Shown one piece after another: positions 1 to 11,027 of a stretch of DNA of 64,000 nucleotides (position 1 is its first letter; every line of letters begins with the position of its first letter). Position numbers and translations under genes: made by a program. Where the stretch lies: contig NZ_DATFKB010000024.1 in NCBI RefSeq assembly GCF_035268865.1, positions 967-64,966 on the forward strand, written 5' to 3'. Under the pieces are notes generated by a model. That model was not told where the DNA came from. It saw only the letters and a program-made list of their open reading frames with translations, and searched no databases. The DNA is from Salinivirga sp. Its GTDB lineage: Bacteria > Bacteroidota > Bacteroidia > Bacteroidales > Salinivirgaceae.

Positions 1-215
1 ACATCAGAGCCAACAATATACGTTCGGGATTAAACAGCCTGTTCGATGAAATCGATCAGCTTGAGAGAGCTAAAATGAAATCGAAAGTCTATGCCGAATA
101 CGACGAACAGTTTCAGTTTGCCGCCTGGATTGCCCTGTTTTTCCTGTTATTGGAATTCTTTATTCTGGAGCGGAAAAATAAATATTTGGCCAACGTAAAA
201 ATATTTCAAAAATGA
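1..215 (+). CDS. batB: 3' end of BatB (vWA-domain protein), partial
   Basis: Frame from nt 3 reads ...SKVYAEYDEQFQFAAWIALFFLLLEFFILERKNKYL...QK*. The stop overlaps the batC start (ATGA), and the position fits batABCDE order. Confidence 0.8.
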   Translation, partial: IRANNIRSGLNSLFDEIDQLERAKMKSKVYAEYDEQFQFAAWIALFFLLLEFFILERKNKYLANVKIFQK

Positions 216-1027
216 TGAGGAGATTAATTAACATATTGCTTTTGCTACTATTTGCCGGATTAACGCAGAGTTATGCGCAAAAAGAGCGCAAGTACATTCG
301 CAGTGGAAACGATATGTACTACGAAGCACTCGACGACTCCCTTAAGGTGGATAGCACAATGATGCAGAAAGCCGAGGTTGAGTACCGTAAAGCCATTGAG
401 AAAAAGCCCTCCACATATGAGGGCCGGAACAATTTGGCCAATAGTCTCTATCGCCAGAAAAAGTACGAAGAGGCCCTCAAAGAGTGGGAGTCGCTTACAA
501 GCCTTAATGTGGATGAACGCAAAAAAAGCAAATTGTATCACAACATCGGGAATGCTTACCTTATGAATAGTAAGCTTAAGGAGAGCATTGAGGCTTATAA
601 AAATGCACTGCGTAATTATCCCAGCGATACGGCTACAAAATATAACCTGGCTTTTGCGCAAAGCAAATTGCGCGAACAACAACAGCAACAAAAGAAAAAT
701 CAGCAAAATAAAAATCAACAAAACAAAGATCAGCAGAAAAAGAATAAGCAACAGCAAAAGCAACAACAAAAAGATCAACAACAGAAACAACAGCAATCGG
801 AACAAGAAAAGCGCAAACAAGAGCAGCAGGCTCAGCAAAAGCCCGGTGAACAGAAAAAAGCTCAGCAGAAACAAGGCAAAAAGGGCGAAAAAGGAGAGAA
901 AATTTCTAAAGAAGATGCCATGCGCATATTGAAAGCGCTTGAAATTGACGAGAAAAAGCTGCAGCAAGAACTAAAAAGAAGAACAAAGAAAAGTTCGAAT
1001 AGTAAAAAAACCGAGAAAGACTGGTAA
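212..1027 (+). CDS. batC: BatC TPR protein with Q/K-rich linker
   Basis: Signal peptide, TPRs (YHNIGNAY, KYNLAFA), poly-Q region, C-terminal ...EKDW; sits upstream of batD. Confidence 0.85.
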   Translation: MMRRLINILLLLLFAGLTQSYAQKERKYIRSGNDMYYEALDDSLKVDSTMMQKAEVEYRKAIEKKPSTYEGRNNLANSLYRQKKYEEALKEWESLTSLNVDERKKSKLYHNIGNAYLMNSKLKESIEAYKNALRNYPSDTATKYNLAFAQSKLREQQQQQKKNQQNKNQQNKDQQKKNKQQQKQQQKDQQQKQQQSEQEKRKQEQQAQQKPGEQKKAQQKQGKKGEKGEKISKEDAMRILKALEIDEKKLQQELKRRTKKSSNSKKTEKDW

Positions 1028-1062
1028 CTTTACAGGGTTTTTGACCCGAAAAATCGTACAAC

Positions 1063-2874
1063 ATGATAAGATTTTGGATTATAGCCATACAAATCATGAT
1101 TTTACCCTTTGCCGCCACAGGGCAGGGGGTTAACATCACCGGTGAAGCGCCCAATGTAGTAAAAGTAGGGGAGCGCTTCCGGTTGGTATATAAAGTAGAT
1201 GCTAAAACCGATGCGCCACATATCGAATTACCCGATGTTTTTACTGTACTGTCGGGGCCGGGTGTTTCGCAAAGTACAAGCATACAAATTATTAATGGGC
1301 GGCAAACCACCTCTTTTAATCTTACCTTTACTTATGTATTGGTGGCTGATAAAGCAGGTGAATACACCATACCCGCTGCAGAGGTAGAAAAAGACGGTGA
1401 AAAAGCCCGTTCCCGGCCTATTTCCATTGAGGTATTAAAAAGCAATGCCAGCCAAAACCAATCGCAAGCACAGAGCAACTCCAAAACTCAAAAGCAAGAG
1501 GTAAAGTCGGGTGGCAGTGATTTCTTTGTGCGTGTTCAAATCAGCAGAAACAATATTTACCAGGGCGAACACCTCGTTGCTACCCTCAAACTCTATACAA
1601 AACTGAGTCTTGCAGGTTTTGAAGATATTAAGTTTCCTTCGTTCAGCGGTTTTTTTAACCAGGAGATCGAAACACCACAACAGATTTCGCTTCAACGCGA
1701 AAATGTAAACGGACAAATTTATCAAACCGGTGTAATTAAAAAATACGTGTTGTTCCCACAGCGCAGCGGTAAACTTACCATCGATCCTTTTGAAGTGGAA
1801 GCTGTAGTCAGAGAGCGGGTAAGGAGCAACGATCCTTTCGACGATTTCTTTGGTGGACGATACCGGCGATACACCATAAAAGATGAAAGTCCACAAACTA
1901 CTGTAACAGTAAAGCCTTTGCCTGCAGGAGCACCTGCCTCTTTCAGCGGTGCTGTGGGTAATTTTAATCTCGAAACCTCGGTTGATAAAACATCCCTTAA
2001 AGCCAACGAGTCGCTGACATTAACCGTAAAACTCACCGGTGAGGGTAACCTTAAGTTGGTAGAGATGCCCAAACCCGAATTCCCGGGCGATTTCGAGGTG
2101 TACGATCCTAAAATCAAACCTGCAATTCGCGTAACGCCCAGCGGAGCGCGCGGTTCCATTACCTATGAGTACCTGCTTATACCAAGACACGAAGGAACAT
2201 TTGAGCTTAATCCTGTTACATTCAGTTATTTTAATCCTGCCACAAGGCAGTATAAAACACTCAAAGGACAATCATTCGACATTGAGGTAGAAAAAGGCGA
2301 CGGTTCCCAGAGCGGGGTCGTGGTTTCCAACTACAGCAAGCAGGATGTAACCAATATTGGAACAGACATACGTTTTATACAATCAGGCAATTTAGGGCTC
2401 CGGCCCATGAATACCGTATTCTTTGGAACTTCACTGTTTTGGCTCATTTATATTTTAGGCATCGGGCTCACCATCATTGTACTGCTCATACGCCGTAAAA
2501 AAATCAAAGAGAGCGCCGACCAGTTGCGCATGCGCACCAAAAAAGCCAGCAAGGTGAGTAAGAAACGCCTGCGCGCCGCTGCCAAAGAATTAAAAGCCGG
2601 TAACGATGGTGCAATGTACGAGGCTATTCTGAAAGCCATATGGGGTTACCTGGCCGATAAACTCACCATTGATGTGGCTTCGCTCACACGTGATAATGTT
2701 GGCGACATGCTAAAAGAGCAAGGTGTACCTGCAGAAATCATTGAAAAACTAATTAAGTTAATTGATGACTGTGAATTTGCCCGATACGCACCGTCGGCAG
2801 CTCAAAGCGACAGTAAAAAAGTATACAACGATGCCGCCGATATCATTGGTAAACTTGAAAAACAGATTAAATGA
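1063..2874 (+). CDS. batD: BatD oxygen-tolerance family protein
   Basis: Repeated beta-rich BatD domains (VLSGP..SQS, FSGAVGNF), C-terminal TM helix and CEFARYAP motif. Confidence 0.9.
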   Translation: MIRFWIIAIQIMILPFAATGQGVNITGEAPNVVKVGERFRLVYKVDAKTDAPHIELPDVFTVLSGPGVSQSTSIQIINGRQTTSFNLTFTYVLVADKAGEYTIPAAEVEKDGEKARSRPISIEVLKSNASQNQSQAQSNSKTQKQEVKSGGSDFFVRVQISRNNIYQGEHLVATLKLYTKLSLAGFEDIKFPSFSGFFNQEIETPQQISLQRENVNGQIYQTGVIKKYVLFPQRSGKLTIDPFEVEAVVRERVRSNDPFDDFFGGRYRRYTIKDESPQTTVTVKPLPAGAPASFSGAVGNFNLETSVDKTSLKANESLTLTVKLTGEGNLKLVEMPKPEFPGDFEVYDPKIKPAIRVTPSGARGSITYEYLLIPRHEGTFELNPVTFSYFNPATRQYKTLKGQSFDIEVEKGDGSQSGVVVSNYSKQDVTNIGTDIRFIQSGNLGLRPMNTVFFGTSLFWLIYILGIGLTIIVLLIRRKKIKESADQLRMRTKKASKVSKKRLRAAAKELKAGNDGAMYEAILKAIWGYLADKLTIDVASLTRDNVGDMLKEQGVPAEIIEKLIKLIDDCEFARYAPSAAQSDSKKVYNDAADIIGKLEKQIK

Positions 2875-3659
2875 TGACAAAAAAGTTAATCACATATATC
2901 GTTACAGGATGGTTTGCCATAGTAATGGCTATGGGAGCCACACCACAAGAAAACGAGGCTGCAAAGTATAAAACATGGATCGATTCGGCAGAAGCCGCTT
3001 ATACAAACCAAGACTATAGCAAAGCCGCAGATTTTTACCAACAGGTGTTGGAGCACGGCATGACATCAGCAGACCTGCATTACAACCTTGGGAACGCCTG
3101 GTATAAGCAGGGAGCGTTACCGCAGGCTATTCTGCATTATGAAAAAGCATTGAAATACAATCCGGCGCACGAGGATGCCCGTTTTAACCTGCAAATGGCC
3201 AATAGTCTCATAACCGACCGCATTGAGCCTTCACACGTACCATTTTACAAGCGGTGGTACAAACAATTATGGCAATCCATGCCCATTGATTCATGGGCCG
3301 TATTGAGTATTGTGGCATTTTTGGCACTTATCGGAGCCATACTGCTGTTTGTATTCACCCGCTCCATAGCACTTAAAAAGACAGTAGTGCCCATTGGCCT
3401 GCTGGGACTTGTACTCATGATTTTGAGTTTGACACTTGGCGCCGAGGCCCGGTCCTATTTGGAAGATACCCACAAGGCTATTGTGTTTGAACCAACCTTA
3501 AACGTAAAAAGCTCGCCCGATAACAGCGGCACAGATTTGTTTACCATCCACGAAGGATTGAAAGTTGAGGTACGTCAGGAGCTCGGCGAATGGTCAGAAA
3601 TTGAAATCGCCGACGGGCGCGTAGGCTGGGTACCCAACGAAAGCTTTAAAAAGGTGTAA
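2871..3659 (+). CDS. batE: BatE TPR + SH3-like protein
   Basis: TPR (YNLGNAWYK), two TM helices, C-terminal HEGLKV..W.EI.IADG..GWV. Confidence 0.9.
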   Translation: MMTKKLITYIVTGWFAIVMAMGATPQENEAAKYKTWIDSAEAAYTNQDYSKAADFYQQVLEHGMTSADLHYNLGNAWYKQGALPQAILHYEKALKYNPAHEDARFNLQMANSLITDRIEPSHVPFYKRWYKQLWQSMPIDSWAVLSIVAFLALIGAILLFVFTRSIALKKTVVPIGLLGLVLMILSLTLGAEARSYLEDTHKAIVFEPTLNVKSSPDNSGTDLFTIHEGLKVEVRQELGEWSEIEIADGRVGWVPNESFKKV

Positions 3660-3687
3660 CCAAAACATTGTTTTTACAATAAACCGG

Positions 3688-3732
3688 ATAAAAAGTGAGG
3701 GTTTCGCACAAAGCGAAGCCCTCACTTTTTAT
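3688..3732. terminator. Intrinsic terminator formed by a REP-like palindrome (family A)
   Basis: ATAAAAAGTGAGGGTTTCGC-ACAAA-GCGAAGCCCTCACTTTTTAT, just after batE. Confidence 0.8.
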
Positions 3733-4086
3733 TTACGATCTCGATGGAATCGAGAAAAGTAATTTGTCGCAAATTTTGTGTGTCCCGGCTGCTCCATAAT
3801 TGCAACTAAAACCAGCAACTCACCAGATGTATTGTTCATTAAATTTTACAAAGCAAACGTTCCGTATGTTGTGGAGTATTAAAGCCCTTAATAATAATTA
3901 TTTAGGATGGTGGGGGTTTGGGTTTCAGATCGCATGTGTGGCATTAATGCATTTTTCATGTTCATGACTAAGAAATACATGTTCAATCTCAGGATATGCG
4001 CAGTCGTCGGGTTTTAGTTTACCATGTTGTGCAGGCTGCATACTTTTGTTTCATCAGATTTATTAATAATTTAAAATCAAATAAAA

Positions 4087-4674
4087 ATGAAAACAAAAGT
4101 ATTAGTTATTACAAGCATGTTTGCACTTTTAACGTTGGGCGCAATGGCTCAAAAAAGTGATAAGAAATTTAGTGTAGAATTTAACGCCGGAGCAGCTTTT
4201 CCCGTGAAAGAAATCGGGGAGACTAAACTTAATCCCGGTGCAGGGTTTGAAGGTCTTTTACACTATCGTTTCATGCCGCATTTGGGCGTATATGCCGGTT
4301 GGGGCTGGAACAAGTTGTCGGCCAATAATTCATTTGCCGGCAGCGATATGTGTTTCGAAGAAACAGGTTATGTTTTTGGGTTACAGTTCATGCATCCCAT
4401 TGCCGATTACCCGTTTTCGTATTACGTTCGGGGCGCCGGCTTGTATAATCATATTGAGATTGAAAATGCTGATGGTGAAATTATTCACGATACCGGTCAC
4501 GGATTAGGTTTTCAGGTTGCAGGTGGTTTGAATTTCAATCTGGGTGAAAACTGGAGCCTGAATCCCGGTGTCAAGTTCAATACTTTGAGCCGCGATCTCG
4601 ATTTCGAAGGTATTTCAATGACTATGGATTATCAATACATTGCTGTGAGGGTAGGTGTAATCCGGAAATTTTGA
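4087..4674 (+). CDS. Outer membrane beta-barrel (OmpA/porin-like) protein
   Basis: Signal peptide, alternating beta-strand pattern, terminal Phe. Confidence 0.75.
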   Translation: MKTKVLVITSMFALLTLGAMAQKSDKKFSVEFNAGAAFPVKEIGETKLNPGAGFEGLLHYRFMPHLGVYAGWGWNKLSANNSFAGSDMCFEETGYVFGLQFMHPIADYPFSYYVRGAGLYNHIEIENADGEIIHDTGHGLGFQVAGGLNFNLGENWSLNPGVKFNTLSRDLDFEGISMTMDYQYIAVRVGVIRKF

Positions 4675-4685
4675 AAGCTATAGAT

Positions 4686-4722
4686 GAGCGGGTTTTGATG
4701 CATTTGCAAACCCGCTCTTTTT
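4686..4722 (+). terminator. Intrinsic terminator
   Basis: GAGCGGGTTT...AAACCCGCTC followed by a T-run. Confidence 0.7.
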
Positions 4723-4796
4723 ACAATTCACACGTCATGAGCTTTAAACAAAAAGTATCAACCTCCTCATTTAAACCCTTCTTTCAAATATTAAAT

Positions 4797-5876
4797 TCAC
4801 TCTCCGGGATAATTTAAAACATCTTCCTCTCCGTCATACATCCTGTAAAAACCTTCTGCCAAGGCTTCCATCTCACTTTCTCCGGGAAATACATGGTAAT
4901 CAGCAAGTGTAGCCACGTAGCTTTCTAAATCGTCAGTAAGCCTTTTGCTGTGTGCTATGCCACCAGTAATACCAATGCCCTGTGCACGTCCTTGTGAAGC
5001 GGCAATGCAGGCGCCTATCTCTTTGGCTACCTGGTAAACAAATGCATCGTAAATCAGTTCGGCTTTTTTATTACCATTGTCTATCATTTTAAGCACTTCC
5101 CGCACATCAGTGGTGCCCAGGTATGCTTTAAATCCGCTGTTTTGTGAGAATAGTTTTTTTACTTCCGGCTCCGGTTTGCTGTAGCATAATTCCATTACAC
5201 CACGCAAGGGAAGTGCTCCGGCACGGTTAGGAGAGAAGGGCCCCATTCCAAGCAAACCATCGTTTACATCTACTATGCGGCCACCACTGACAAGGGCTAT
5301 TGAGATACCACCACCCAGGTGTGCCACCACAAAGTTTGATTCATTAAATGGCACTTGATAGATTTTAGAGAGTTTGCGTGCTGTCATTTTTACATTTAGC
5401 GTATGCGCACGGCCATCGCGCACAATACAGGGTACTCCCGATATTTTGGCCACTTCACTTAATCTGCTGGTGGAAACCGGGTCTACCGTGAAACATTCCT
5501 CCAGGCCAAATTCTTTTTTTAGTTTATCTGCCAGGAGGCTGCCCAGATTAGAGGCATGTTCACCGTATTGAGCAGAGCGGGCATCATACAGGAATTCCTC
5601 ATTGATACGGTATGTGCCTCCACTGACGGGTTTTACAATGCCACCCCGTCCTACAATTCCAATTACTTTAACTGAATTATTTTTAATGTATTCGTCCAAA
5701 TAAAGTTTTATTTTTTTGTGGCGGTATGGCAGCTGATCAGCAATGCGCTCAAATTGCTGCAACTCGCTTTGGGGGTGGTCAATGTTCGCTGATGAGAGTT
5801 CGCCCTGGCGGTTGTAAAAAGCAACCTTAGTAGATGTGGAACCCGGATTAATGACTATTATAGCTTCGTTCTCCAT
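4797..5876 (-). CDS. buk: Butyrate / branched-chain carboxylate kinase
   Basis: INPGSTSTK, GRGG, GEHASNLG, HLGGGIS, GPFSPNRAG, TGGIAHS, GESEMEALA. Confidence 0.9.
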   Translation of the reverse strand: MENEAIIVINPGSTSTKVAFYNRQGELSSANIDHPQSELQQFERIADQLPYRHKKIKLYLDEYIKNNSVKVIGIVGRGGIVKPVSGGTYRINEEFLYDARSAQYGEHASNLGSLLADKLKKEFGLEECFTVDPVSTSRLSEVAKISGVPCIVRDGRAHTLNVKMTARKLSKIYQVPFNESNFVVAHLGGGISIALVSGGRIVDVNDGLLGMGPFSPNRAGALPLRGVMELCYSKPEPEVKKLFSQNSGFKAYLGTTDVREVLKMIDNGNKKAELIYDAFVYQVAKEIGACIAASQGRAQGIGITGGIAHSKRLTDDLESYVATLADYHVFPGESEMEALAEGFYRMYDGEEDVLNYPGE

Positions 5877-6045
5877 ATTTTGTTTTTGTGAGGATTTTTA
5901 ATTTAAAAAGGTATAAAAGATGCTTTTTTATCAATCTTTCATTCAGCCCGCTATTGTTGTAATTTAATAAAAGTAATAATTCTGACTTGTAAGATAAAAG
6001 ACTTTTAGGTCAACTTTTGTTCATGAATTTAGTTAAGTAATTAAA

Positions 6046-6291
6046 ACCCAACTTGAGCGGTTTGAACATAGTGAAAAAGCGTTTTTACGCCAGCAGGCAG
6101 ATAATTCTATGCTCCGCTGTCCACGTTTGCTGAAGCTATAGCGTTTCACCTGCGGCAAGTCTATGGCGAGCGAAGCGAAGCGAAAGCTACGCGAAGGCGA
6201 AGCCGATTTAGAAATTGTCGGTTTTCACCGAATAAGTGAGGTGAAAGGCATACAATTTCTTCATCGTGTCCAAAAAATGCTCAATTTGGAT
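6046..6291. mobile_element. Degenerate MITE-like element (~245 bp) with imperfect terminal inverted repeats
   Basis: Left end ACCCAACTTGAGCGGTTTGAACATAGTGAAAAA; reverse complement of right end ATCCAAATTGAGCATTTTTTGGACACGATGAAGAAA. The interior is GC-richer, with GCGAA repeats, inside an AT-rich intergenic region. Confidence 0.55.
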
Positions 6292-6434
6292 AAAAGTGAT
6301 ATGCATATACAAAATTTTACATAATAACAAATTAATATATTTATATGCTTTTATAGTTAAATTGATTTTATTAACTTGTATAACCAAATGATTGATTTTG
6401 TGGGCAGATTATTCATCACTAAAACTAAATTACT

Positions 6435-7577
6435 ATGCATTTTGAATACACCGAAGAGCAAATTATGGCGCAACAATCCGCAAGGGATCTTGCCCAAAAA
6501 GAGTTTATCCAGGATGTGATTGAGCGTGATACCCATGCTATTTTTCCTGAAAAACACGTAAAAAAGCTGGCCGAACTGGGCTTTATGGGTATGCAGGTCG
6601 ATCCGAAATACGATGGCACTGGTATGGATACGGTTTCGTATGTACTGGCGCTGGAAGAGATTTCAAAAGTTGACTCATCGTTGGCTGTGATCATGTCGGT
6701 GAACAACTCACTGGTATGCTTTCCAATAGAGAAATATGGCAACGAGGAGCAAAAAGAAAAATTCCTCATGCCACTTGCACGCGGCGATAAGCTGGGTGCA
6801 TTCTTGCTTTCCGAGCCCGAAGCCGGCTCCGATGCTACTAAGCAACGAACCATTGCAGAGGATAAAGGAGATTATTACATAATAAATGGTACCAAGAATT
6901 GGATTACAAGTGGTAATTCAGCCAATACTTATGTGGTTATTGCACACACACATCCGGAAAAGGGGCACAAGGGCATCAATGCTTTCATAGTGGATCGTCA
7001 TGCTGAAGGCATAAGTGTAGGCCAGCACGAGGACAAGATGGGCATGCGGAGCTCCGACACTCATTCAGTAATGTTTAGCGATGTGAAAGTGCCAAAGGAG
7101 AATCGCCTGGGTGATGATGGTATGGGTTTTAAAATTGCAATGAAAACTTTGGAAGCCGGCCGGCTGGGTATTGCAGCGCAGGCTCTGGGACTGGCTTCAG
7201 GTGCATATGAGCTGGCACTCAAATATGCCAAAGAGCGTAAAGCATTTGGTACTGAAATTATCAATCACCAGGCTATTGCCTTTAAGTTGGCCGATATGGC
7301 AACAGAGATAGAAATGATGCGATTGCTTGCTTTTAAAGCTGCCTGGCTCAAAGATAGTGGGAAACCTTTTGGAACCGCAAGTGCCATGGCAAAGCTCGCC
7401 TGCGCCGAAAAAGCCATGCAAATTACCACCGAGGCTGTACAAATTCACGGCGGTTACGGGTATGTGAAAGAATACCATGTGGAGCGCCTGATGCGTGATG
7501 CCAAACTCACCCAGATTTACGAGGGTACATCTGAAATACAAAAAATTGTAATCTCAAGAGCTATCACTTCAGCATAA
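6435..7577 (+). CDS. Short/branched-chain acyl-CoA dehydrogenase
   Basis: [53 protein letters not shown]. Confidence 0.92.
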   Translation: MHFEYTEEQIMAQQSARDLAQKEFIQDVIERDTHAIFPEKHVKKLAELGFMGMQVDPKYDGTGMDTVSYVLALEEISKVDSSLAVIMSVNNSLVCFPIEKYGNEEQKEKFLMPLARGDKLGAFLLSEPEAGSDATKQRTIAEDKGDYYIINGTKNWITSGNSANTYVVIAHTHPEKGHKGINAFIVDRHAEGISVGQHEDKMGMRSSDTHSVMFSDVKVPKENRLGDDGMGFKIAMKTLEAGRLGIAAQALGLASGAYELALKYAKERKAFGTEIINHQAIAFKLADMATEIEMMRLLAFKAAWLKDSGKPFGTASAMAKLACAEKAMQITTEAVQIHGGYGYVKEYHVERLMRDAKLTQIYEGTSEIQKIVISRAITSA

Positions 7578-7613
7578 CATGCTGCGGCTAAAAAACATCA
7601 AGAAATCAGTGTT

Positions 7614-10600
7614 ATGAAGAAACGTAAAGTGTACAATCCGACCAACAAGATCAGGGTGATCACAGCCACATCGCTTTTCGATGGGCACGATGCCACAATT
7701 AATATCATTCGCAGAATTTTGCAGTCGAGCGGTTGCGAGGTAATTCACCTTGGGCACAATAAATCGGTAGATGAGATTGTAAACTACGCCATACAGGAAG
7801 ATGTGCAGGCTATAGCTGTTACTTCTTACCAGGGCGGACACATCGAGTTTTACAAGTATATGTACGATTTGCTGAATGAACGGGGTTGCGGACATATTCA
7901 AATTTTTGGCGGTGGCGGAGGTGTAATTTTACCTGAAGAGCAGGAGGAACTGCATGAATATGGCATTGCCCGAATTTATTCACCAGACGATGGCCGCAAA
8001 ATGGGGCTACAGGGTATGATTAATGATTTGATGAAAAAAAGCGATTTCCCTGTAGGTCAACGCGAAGTTGATTTGGAAAAAGTAAAAGATCAGAATTCTT
8101 ATGAGATCGCCTCCCTTATTTCCAAAGTAGAGAATTACCCCGATGTGGCGAAAGAAATAATGGAGAAAGTCACTGCCGATACCCAAAAAACTCAAGTCCC
8201 CATCATTGGCATGACCGGTACGGGGGGAGCTGGTAAGTCATCTATGGTAGATGAAATAATTCGCCGTTTTAACGATATTTATCCTGAACTGAAAATCGGT
8301 ATTGTTTCGGTAGATCCAACACGCAGAAAAGGCGGCGGCGCCCTTTTGGGAGATCGTATTCGCATGAATGCCATCAATCATCCTAATGTATACATGCGCT
8401 CGCTGGCTACGCGATCAGAAAGCCAGGCCCTCTCAATTCATGTAAAAGATGCGGTTGACATTCTTAAATATGCCGGATTCGACCTTGTTTTACTTGAATC
8501 ATCGGGCATTGGGCAATCGGGCACAGAAATTATTGACCAGAGTGATGTATATTTTTATGTAATGACACCTGAATTCGGGGCAGCCACACAGCTCGAGAAA
8601 ATAGCCATGCTCGACTATGCCGATATTGTAGCCCTCAATAAGTTCGATAAACAGGGCGCACTGGATGCTTTGCGTGATGTAAAAAAGCAATATCAGCGCA
8701 ATCACATGTTGTTTGAACAGCCACTCGAAGAGATGCCGGTATATGGTACCATTGCATCGCAATACAATAACGAAGGGGTGAATATTCTTTTTGAAGCGCT
8801 AATTAATACCGTTACTGAAAAAACCGGATACAAATTTCCCGTAGTAAAGCAAAATCTGCGAATTAGTCATAATGACCAGGAGATTGTGCCATCGAACCGG
8901 GTACGTTATCTCTCAGAGATTGCAGAAACAGTGCGCAATTATAATCAGGAAATAGAAGAAAAAGCAGCGGTGGCCAACCGGCTTCAGGCACTGCTTACTG
9001 CCGCAGAAGAGCTTACTCGTGAAAAAGATATTGAAGCACTACTGAACGAAAAGGTGGAGTTGTTAAAGCAGGAACTGGGCAGCGAAAATTACTCTATTCT
9101 GGAGCAATGGGAAGCGAAAAAGCTACGCTATAGAGATGAACAATATACCTACAAAGTAAGAGGTAAAGAAATCAGGGTTGAAACGCATGTGGAAACGCTT
9201 TCGCATACCCGTATCCCGAAAGTATCTTTGCCAAAATATAAAGCCTGGGGTGATATTCTGAAATGGAACCTGAAAGAGAATGTGCCAGGTGAGTTTCCAT
9301 ATGCTGCCGGTGTTTTCCCATTTAAGCGCGAATTCGAAGATCCTACGCGCATGTTTGCCGGAGAGGGTGGGCCCGAACGTACCAACAAACGTTTTCATTA
9401 CCTGTCGAAAGACCAAAAAGCTAAAAGGCTCTCTACGGCTTATGATTCGGTGACTCTGTATGGCTCCAATCCCGATATACGACCCGATATTTATGGAAAA
9501 ATTGGTAATTCGGGGGTTTCTGTGGCCTGCCTCGATGATGCCAAGAAACTTTATTCCGGATTTGACCTGCTCGACCCGGCCACATCAGTTTCAATGACCA
9601 TCAACGGACCCGCACCTTTTATGGTTGGCTATTTTTTCAATGCGGCTATTGATCAGCAGTGCGAAAAATATATTGTAGAGCACGGCTTGGAAGACCAGGT
9701 CAAACAAAAGGTGAAGGAGATTTATAAAGATAATGGCATCAATTTGCCTAACTACCTGGGCGACCTTCCGGATAACAATGATGGTCTGGGCTTGAGGCTG
9801 CTCGGTGTGACAGGCGATCAGGTGCTGCCAGAGGATGTGTACAATGCCATCAAAGAAGAGACGCTGCAAAAAGTGCGTGGTACAATTCAGGCCGACATTC
9901 TGAAAGAAGATCAGGCCCAAAATACCTGCATCTTCTCAACAGATTTTGCCCTTACCATGATGGGTGATATTCAGCAATACTTTATCGACCACAATGTGAA
10001 AAATTTCTATTCGGTTTCTATTTCAGGGTATCATATTGCAGAAGCCGGAGCCAATCCCATCACACAGCTTGCCTTTACATTGGCCAATGGTTTTACATTT
10101 GTGGAATACTACCTGTCGCGGGGCATGCATATCGACGATTTTGCACCACGGCTCTCCTTCTTTTTCTCCAACGGGCTCGATCCCGAGTATTCTGTAATTG
10201 GGCGGGTTGCCCGGCTTATTTGGGCCAAGGCTATGAAGTATAAATACAAAGGCAATGCACTGTCGCAAAAGCTGAAATACCATATTCAAACTTCGGGCAG
10301 ATCGCTGCACTCGCAGGAGATCGAATTTAACGATATTCGTACCACACTGCAGGCATTGTCTGGTATTTACGACAATTGTAACTCCCTGCATACCAATGCA
10401 TACGATGAGGCCATTACCACACCTACCGAGGAATCGGTGCGCAGAGCAATGGCCATTCAAATGATTATCAATCATGAGTATGGCCTGACTAAAAATCAAA
10501 ATCCATTGCAAGGGTCATTTATTATAGAAGAATTAACCGACTTGGTAGAAGAGGCCGTGCTGGTAGAATTCGATAGACTTACAGCGCGCGGAGGAGTGTT

Positions 10601-10976
10601 GGGTGCCATGGAATCGATGTATCAGCGTGCTAAGATTCAGGACGAGTCGCACTATTATGAAGCGCTTAAACACAGCGGGCAGTTGCCAATTATGGGAGTA
10701 AATACTTTTTTGTCTTCCAGCGGTTCACCTACTATTGTGCCCAATGAAGTAATAAGGGCAACAGACGAAGAAAAACAACATCAGATTGAAAATATCAAAA
10801 AGTTTCATAAATTGAACAGTCAAAAAGCTGAAGAGATGCTAAAAGCGCTTAAAGCAGCTGTGCTGGAGAATAAAAATACATTTGAATACCTGATGGAAGC
10901 CACTAAATACTGTTCAATTGGTCAAATTACCAATGCATTGTTCGAAGTTGGTGGAGAATACAGACGCAATATGTAG
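7614..10976 (+). CDS. icmF: Fused isobutyryl-CoA mutase / G-protein chaperone IcmF
   Basis: N-terminal B12-binding DGHD, MeaB-type GTPase ([13 protein letters not shown]), mutase domain with RMFAGEG (Phe variant), [10 protein letters not shown]-terminal YRRNM; 1120 aa. Confidence 0.92.
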   Translation: MKKRKVYNPTNKIRVITATSLFDGHDATINIIRRILQSSGCEVIHLGHNKSVDEIVNYAIQEDVQAIAVTSYQGGHIEFYKYMYDLLNERGCGHIQIFGGGGGVILPEEQEELHEYGIARIYSPDDGRKMGLQGMINDLMKKSDFPVGQREVDLEKVKDQNSYEIASLISKVENYPDVAKEIMEKVTADTQKTQVPIIGMTGTGGAGKSSMVDEIIRRFNDIYPELKIGIVSVDPTRRKGGGALLGDRIRMNAINHPNVYMRSLATRSESQALSIHVKDAVDILKYAGFDLVLLESSGIGQSGTEIIDQSDVYFYVMTPEFGAATQLEKIAMLDYADIVALNKFDKQGALDALRDVKKQYQRNHMLFEQPLEEMPVYGTIASQYNNEGVNILFEALINTVTEKTGYKFPVVKQNLRISHNDQEIVPSNRVRYLSEIAETVRNYNQEIEEKAAVANRLQALLTAAEELTREKDIEALLNEKVELLKQELGSENYSILEQWEAKKLRYRDEQYTYKVRGKEIRVETHVETLSHTRIPKVSLPKYKAWGDILKWNLKENVPGEFPYAAGVFPFKREFEDPTRMFAGEGGPERTNKRFHYLSKDQKAKRLSTAYDSVTLYGSNPDIRPDIYGKIGNSGVSVACLDDAKKLYSGFDLLDPATSVSMTINGPAPFMVGYFFNAAIDQQCEKYIVEHGLEDQVKQKVKEIYKDNGINLPNYLGDLPDNNDGLGLRLLGVTGDQVLPEDVYNAIKEETLQKVRGTIQADILKEDQAQNTCIFSTDFALTMMGDIQQYFIDHNVKNFYSVSISGYHIAEAGANPITQLAFTLANGFTFVEYYLSRGMHIDDFAPRLSFFFSNGLDPEYSVIGRVARLIWAKAMKYKYKGNALSQKLKYHIQTSGRSLHSQEIEFNDIRTTLQALSGIYDNCNSLHTNAYDEAITTPTEESVRRAMAIQMIINHEYGLTKNQNPLQGSFIIEELTDLVEEAVLVEFDRLTARGGVLGAMESMYQRAKIQDESHYYEALKHSGQLPIMGVNTFLSSSGSPTIVPNEVIRATDEEKQHQIENIKKFHKLNSQKAEEMLKALKAAVLENKNTFEYLMEATKYCSIGQITNALFEVGGEYRRNM

Positions 10977-11027
10977 ACATATTTTTTATATTTATACAAA
11001 ATTATAATCCTCTAAAATCTATAGCAT

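Noticed and set aside
260-967. 235-aa Leu-rich antisense ORF
   Set aside because: It is the mirror of the Q/K-rich batC coding strand.
5877-6434. Cobalamin riboswitch upstream of the icmF operon
   Set aside because: No recognisable B12-box or conserved core by eye; an Infernal search would be needed to exclude it fully.
7569-10511. Many short antisense or overlapping ORFs inside icmF and other long genes
   Set aside because: They are shadow ORFs of well-supported genes and show no motifs of their own.
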